From Saprolegnia diclina VS20 (taxonomy: Eukaryota), in the NCBI RefSeq assembly GCF_000281045.1, contig NW_008246130.1:33748-95931 (forward strand): a stretch of DNA of 62,184 bases, in the 5' to 3' direction. Positions 58,163-62,184 of this stretch are shown here, piece by piece. The first letter of the stretch is position 1. Each line of letters starts with the position of its first letter. The position numbers and the translations under genes are program-made. The notes beneath the pieces were generated by a model that was given only the letters and a program-made list of their open reading frames with translations, was not told the DNA's origin and searched no databases.

Positions 58163-58183
58163 GTCCGGATGCGTATCCGGATA
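58163..58183. promoter_or_regulatory. Paired TCCGGA(TA) candidate upstream element (representative instance)
   Basis: GTCCGGATGCGTATCCGGATA about 45 bp before ATG 58226; similar motifs precede ORC6, SK, RPS7, the 52.7-kb ORF, CLC and FKBP15. Confidence 0.45.
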
Positions 58184-58225
58184 GGGTCGGAAGCCATGTG
58201 CAAGCCAAGTGACGCTGATATCGAG

Positions 58226-59209
58226 ATGGGTAACAAACAAGGGAAGCTCAAGCGCCGGTCCAAGGAGGAGACGGACCGCCCGAGCGCGACGGACTCGCTT
58301 CCGCGCGGAGGAAACGAGCGCAAGCGCTCGATCTTCTCCCGCGGCCAGGGCGCGCCCCCGCCGCCGCCGGCCTCGGCGCCCGTCCCCAGCCATGCGCCAC
58401 CGCCCATTGCGCCACCGCCCGTCTCCCTGCCGCCGCCACCGCCCGCCTCGGCGACCGGCGTCACACGCGTCCTCGAGGACAAGGTGGCCTTGCTGCGCCA
58501 GAAGGAAACGCTGTCGCTTGTCGAATGCACGCACTTTACGGCGAAAGAAATCGACTCGATCCGCGAGCACACGATGGGTCTTCTCGGGTATGGCTCGACG
58601 CCCGAGCTCCAGGACTCGAGCGTGATTCGCATCTCGAAGGAAGACTTTATGCGCTTCCTCGGCGTCTCGTCCAAGTCGCTCTTCCCGAACCGACTGTACG
58701 CGTTCTTTGCCACCAACGTGGCCGAAGAAGTATGCATGCACTTTTGTATCGCCACGTGGCTCATGGATGACATTAGCTCTCATTTGCTGACCTCGTCAAG
58801 GGCCTCTCGGTGCTGAGCCAAAAGGCAACGCGCGAAGAGAAGCTCCGCATGGCGTTCCAGTGGATGGACCCGCGTGGCGAAGGCTTCATCACACAGGAGA
58901 CGACGATGTCGATGCTCAAGTCGTGCTTGGAAGAGAGCAAGGGTACGGCCGCTCTCACGTCTTGTGTGGTCGCTCAGGAAGAGGATGTGCTTAGAGATCG
59001 GGCTCACGGACGACCAGATTGAAAAGCTCGTGCTAAGCACCTTCCATGAAGCCGACTCGGACAAGAACGGCACGATCGACTTCCAAGAGTACCAGGCGCT
59101 GGACGAGCGCCACCCGGGTTTGCTCAAGTTCCTGACGGTCGACACGTCGGGCGTGCTCAACCTCATGGACAAGACGAAGGAAGGCAACGGCAGCTTCATC
59201 ATGCATTGA
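58226..59209 (+). CDS. N-myristoylated EF-hand Ca2+ sensor (calcineurin B/CBL/NCS-like), 3 exons
   Basis: MGNKQGK; THFTAKEI; EEKLRMAFQWMDPRGEGFITQE; EADSDKNGTIDFQEY. Confidence 0.8.
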
Positions 59210-59383
59210 TGAATACAGTCCCGATGGATGCGGATAATGAACATATATGCAGCTGCCACTACTTTTTGTGCGAAAGGAGGACCGCCCTTGGACGCCTCTG
59301 CATGTAGGACCGAGCGCTTGGGTCTGTTAAGAGTAGAGTCAGCACAACAAGTTATAACATAGTGGATTGTGGGTCGTCTACGC

Positions 59384-60115
59384 TTACTTCTTGGCGGCCT
59401 TCTTGGCCTCGACCGGGAACGTGCCCGTCGTGCCGTAGAGGGCCAAGTACGCCTTCTGGCGCACAAGCAGGCTGTTGGAGATCGGGCTCTGCTGGATGCC
59501 ACGGCCCCACTTGTCAAAGGACGCCAAAGCGCTCGCGACGGGCGTAGCGACCGGGGCTGCCTTGGGGGCAGGCGTCGGCGCCGGGGCAGGCGTCGCGACT
59601 GGCGCCGGGATCGCCGGGCCGGGCACGGTCTTCTGCGGGACTTGCGACGTGACCAAAAAGTCAGCGGGCGCGACCGGGGCGTTCGTCGCCGGGTCGACCT
59701 TGACCTCCTCCTTCTTGGGCGGGATTTCCTCCGGCGACTTGGGCGCCGGCGTCGGAATCGCCGCCGCGTCCACGACGTAGTTGGCAAACGCGCCAACGTC
59801 ACCGGCGTCTTCGACCGTGATCATGATGGGCTGACCGACGTTGATACCTTCCGCACCCTCCGGCACCAAGATGCGCGCGAGGAACATATCGTCCTGGGCT
59901 TCGTAGTCGACGATGGCCTTGTCCGTCTCGATCTGGCAGATGATGTCGCCGGCCGAGATGGCGTCGCCTTCCTTCATGTTCCACTTGGCGAGGTTGCCCT
60001 GCTCCATCGTGGGCGAGAGCGCGGGCAGACCCACAAGCTCGTGAGCGGGGTACGTGGCGAAGCCACGGCGCAAGAAGGCAGCGCGGGAGGTCAGGCGGGC
60101 AGCACGGGCGAGCAT
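59384..60115 (-). CDS. Mitochondrial protein with a single PDH E2/E3BP-type lipoyl domain and no catalytic domain
   Basis: Presequence MLARAARLTSRAAFLRRGF; LPALSPTMEQGN...IETDKA; Pro/Ala linker; short C-terminal tail. Confidence 0.85.
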   Translation of the reverse strand: MLARAARLTSRAAFLRRGFATYPAHELVGLPALSPTMEQGNLAKWNMKEGDAISAGDIICQIETDKAIVDYEAQDDMFLARILVPEGAEGINVGQPIMITVEDAGDVGAFANYVVDAAAIPTPAPKSPEEIPPKKEEVKVDPATNAPVAPADFLVTSQVPQKTVPGPAIPAPVATPAPAPTPAPKAAPVATPVASALASFDKWGRGIQQSPISNSLLVRQKAYLALYGTTGTFPVEAKKAAKK

Positions 60116-60604
60116 CGTCGGTCTCTGGACTCGGAGCAGAAAACAGTAGTGACCGCCAGCGCCCCAGGAACACCCTCAACGTCGCGCTGCGATGCCATTG
60201 GCTGAAATGCGCACTTAACCGACGCTGCGAAAATCCAGTGGCGGTATTTTAGCCAATCATTGCGCTCGAGATATTGTGATGTGGGCTTTCTTTGAAGATG
60301 ACAGGAAGACACGCCCTTCATCCGAGCCCTTCGCATCGACGAGGTGCATCGAACGTCGAGCAAAGATGGCCTCAAGGACGTATTGGGCGTTTTCTATCTT
60401 AGATGGCAGCTGGAGCTCTGGCCAAGATGCATGGTTCGGGGTATATTAGCAAGGAGCGAGGGTCCTGACCAGGCCATTTGCGGTCGCGCAATCACCAACT
60501 GATGTTCATCATCGTCCACATCCTCCTCCTTTTACCGCAGCGTCATTTCCAGAGACATTGGACCTCACGTAGAAGCAAGACGAGGTCTTAATTGTTATAG
60601 CTTG

Positions 60605-60658
60605 GATAAGACCCAAGATATAAGACCCAGGATAAGACCCAAGAGTTTCAAGAGTTTC
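60605..60658. repeat. Short tandem repeats: (ATAAGACCCA) x3 and (AAGAGTTTC) x2
   Basis: Direct reading. Confidence 0.7.
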
Positions 60659-61023
60659 GAAAGCCTTCTCACGCCTAACCGCTGGTGCTATCGAGCGGTA
60701 GCCATTGTGCAAACACACCGTGGTACAGGAGAAGACATAGGACAATGACGTATCATGTACAAGAGAGTTACGAAAGTGATATCAAAATGTGTTAGTATCG
60801 GGTGGCTATCAGCATCGTGATTGGCTTAAATATTTTAGGCCTTTCGACCAATGCTCTATTCATCGTATATTCATTCGTGCACAAGTAGACAATGTCTGCC
60901 CTCTGATAGCCGAGTCAAGAAGAAATGATGGAAAACAACGTTCACAGGTTAGACTTATATAGGACGCGCGACAATGTTTGCGATGACACAGAGACGATTC
61001 AACGACCAATCACAACTCCAAGT

Positions 61024-61812
61024 CTAGTTGGCTTCGGTGCGGAGGCTCGACTTAGTGAGGTACGGCGCGATAAAGTCCTTGCCGTACGAGAGGCGCGAGT
61101 AGACACCCGGCTTGTTGGCCTGCGCACAGCCCTCGCCCCAGCTGACGACGCCGATCTGGACCTCCTTGCCGTTCTTGGTGGCCGTGAGCGGACCACCCGA
61201 GTCGCCCTGGCACGAGTCCTGGCCCTTGACGCCGCCCGCGCAGATCATGGACTCGTGGATGCCGTTGAGGTTCTTGGCGCACTGGTCGTTGGCCCAGACC
61301 TTGACGCCGACCTCGAGCAGCACCTTGGACTGCGCGCCGTTGGAGCGCGTGGTCCCCCAGCCGCGCACCTTGGCGACGACGCCCGGCGCGTTGGACGCGT
61401 CGTCGTCAAAGCTGAGCGTCACAGGCGTCTCCCTGCTCGCGCGCTCGAGCTCGAGGATGCCAAAGTCGTAGTGCATCTCGTCGCTCGTCCACTGCGGGTG
61501 CGCGATGGCCTTGACGACGCGGATGCGCTCGCCGTCGGCGCCACCCGACGTGTAGTGGGTGCCCACGGCCGCGTAGTCGATCGTGAACCCGGCAACGCAG
61601 TGGGCCGCCGTCAGCACGTACTTGGGCGCGATGAGCGTGCCACCGCAGCGGCTGCTGGACGTGGCCGACCCGCCGCGGAGACCGGTAATGTACTTGAACT
61701 GGCCGACGGGAACTTCGGTGCCGCCGACGATCTCGGGGTTGCCGCCTTCGGGGACGATGTCAGCGACGGCGGCCGCGGCGCAGAGCGCGAGGAGCGTGGT
61801 GTGGAGCTTCAT
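61024..61812 (-). CDS. Secreted trypsin-like serine protease (S1)
   Basis: Signal peptide; IVGG; intact triad TAAHC, YDFGIL, GDSGGP; S1-pocket Asp (QDSC). Confidence 0.95.
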   Translation of the reverse strand: MKLHTTLLALCAAAAVADIVPEGGNPEIVGGTEVPVGQFKYITGLRGGSATSSSRCGGTLIAPKYVLTAAHCVAGFTIDYAAVGTHYTSGGADGERIRVVKAIAHPQWTSDEMHYDFGILELERASRETPVTLSFDDDASNAPGVVAKVRGWGTTRSNGAQSKVLLEVGVKVWANDQCAKNLNGIHESMICAGGVKGQDSCQGDSGGPLTATKNGKEVQIGVVSWGEGCAQANKPGVYSRLSYGKDFIAPYLTKSSLRTEAN

Positions 61813-61878
61813 GGTGGTGGTGGTGACGAAATTGGAAATGGACTGGTGGAAAGAGGCCGCTGGTTTGGGTCGAGGTGG

Positions 61879-61957
61879 TCGAACTCAGACATGGAAGAGG
61901 TCGAACTCAGACTCATGGGTCGTACTGGTAGGGCTCAAACTCAGACTCGTGGGTCGT
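61879..61957. repeat. Three imperfect direct repeats of TCGAACTCAGAC upstream of the trypsin gene
   Basis: Copies at ~61879, 61901 and 61935 (TCAAACTCAGAC); the last two continue TCRTGGGTCGT. Confidence 0.65.
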
Positions 61958-62184
61958 GAGCTGGTGTGGCTTGTAGGGCTAGGTTTATACCTGTTTGGAT
62001 CTATGACGGCGGCGTGACGATTACACATCACGACCATCTATAGACCTCATAGTACTACGGGTAGTAGCAACCTTTAGCGCGCGTCACACCAGTACCTGAT
62101 ATCAGGTCTGGGCCTAGAACGCGGTCTCAGATGCACCTGCGATCGGAATCTGGGTCACCACATGGTACGGAGCCGCCTGAATAC

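Noticed and set aside
1..62184. tRNA/rRNA genes, CRISPR arrays, autonomous transposases, RxLR/CRN effectors
   Set aside because: None recognisable by eye

Overview
Gene-dense eukaryotic DNA with short (~45-60 nt) GT-AG introns and GC3-rich codons; gene content and style point to an oomycete, probably Saprolegniales (inference). The dominant feature is a family of seven ankyrin-less TRP-like cation channel genes in two clusters (five at 2.9-14.3 kb, two at 34.9-38.8 kb). They share two intron positions, carry extra hydrophobic helices and have diversified pore filters; one copy is frameshifted and one pair shows apparent gene conversion. Each cluster lies beside TMEM185-like genes. Other genes: two FKBP15-like paralogs, PIG-L, a VIPAS39/Vps16B-like protein with a PH domain inserted, a 7TM protein, complex I B14.5b, Pol5/MYBBP1A, ORC6, an SK-type K+ channel, MCM9, Pierce-like and ERICH3-like ciliary proteins, adenylosuccinate synthetase with an N-terminal presequence, a WW+B-box protein, a bacterial-type YnfA, RPS7, clathrin light chain, a myristoylated EF-hand protein, a lipoyl-domain-only protein and a trypsin. 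Non-coding features include a 73-bp hairpin, a 10-11-bp minisatellite and a recurring paired TCCGGA upstream motif. Gene models were spliced by eye and homology calls rest on remembered motifs, not database searches. Multi-exon coordinates are whole-gene spans.
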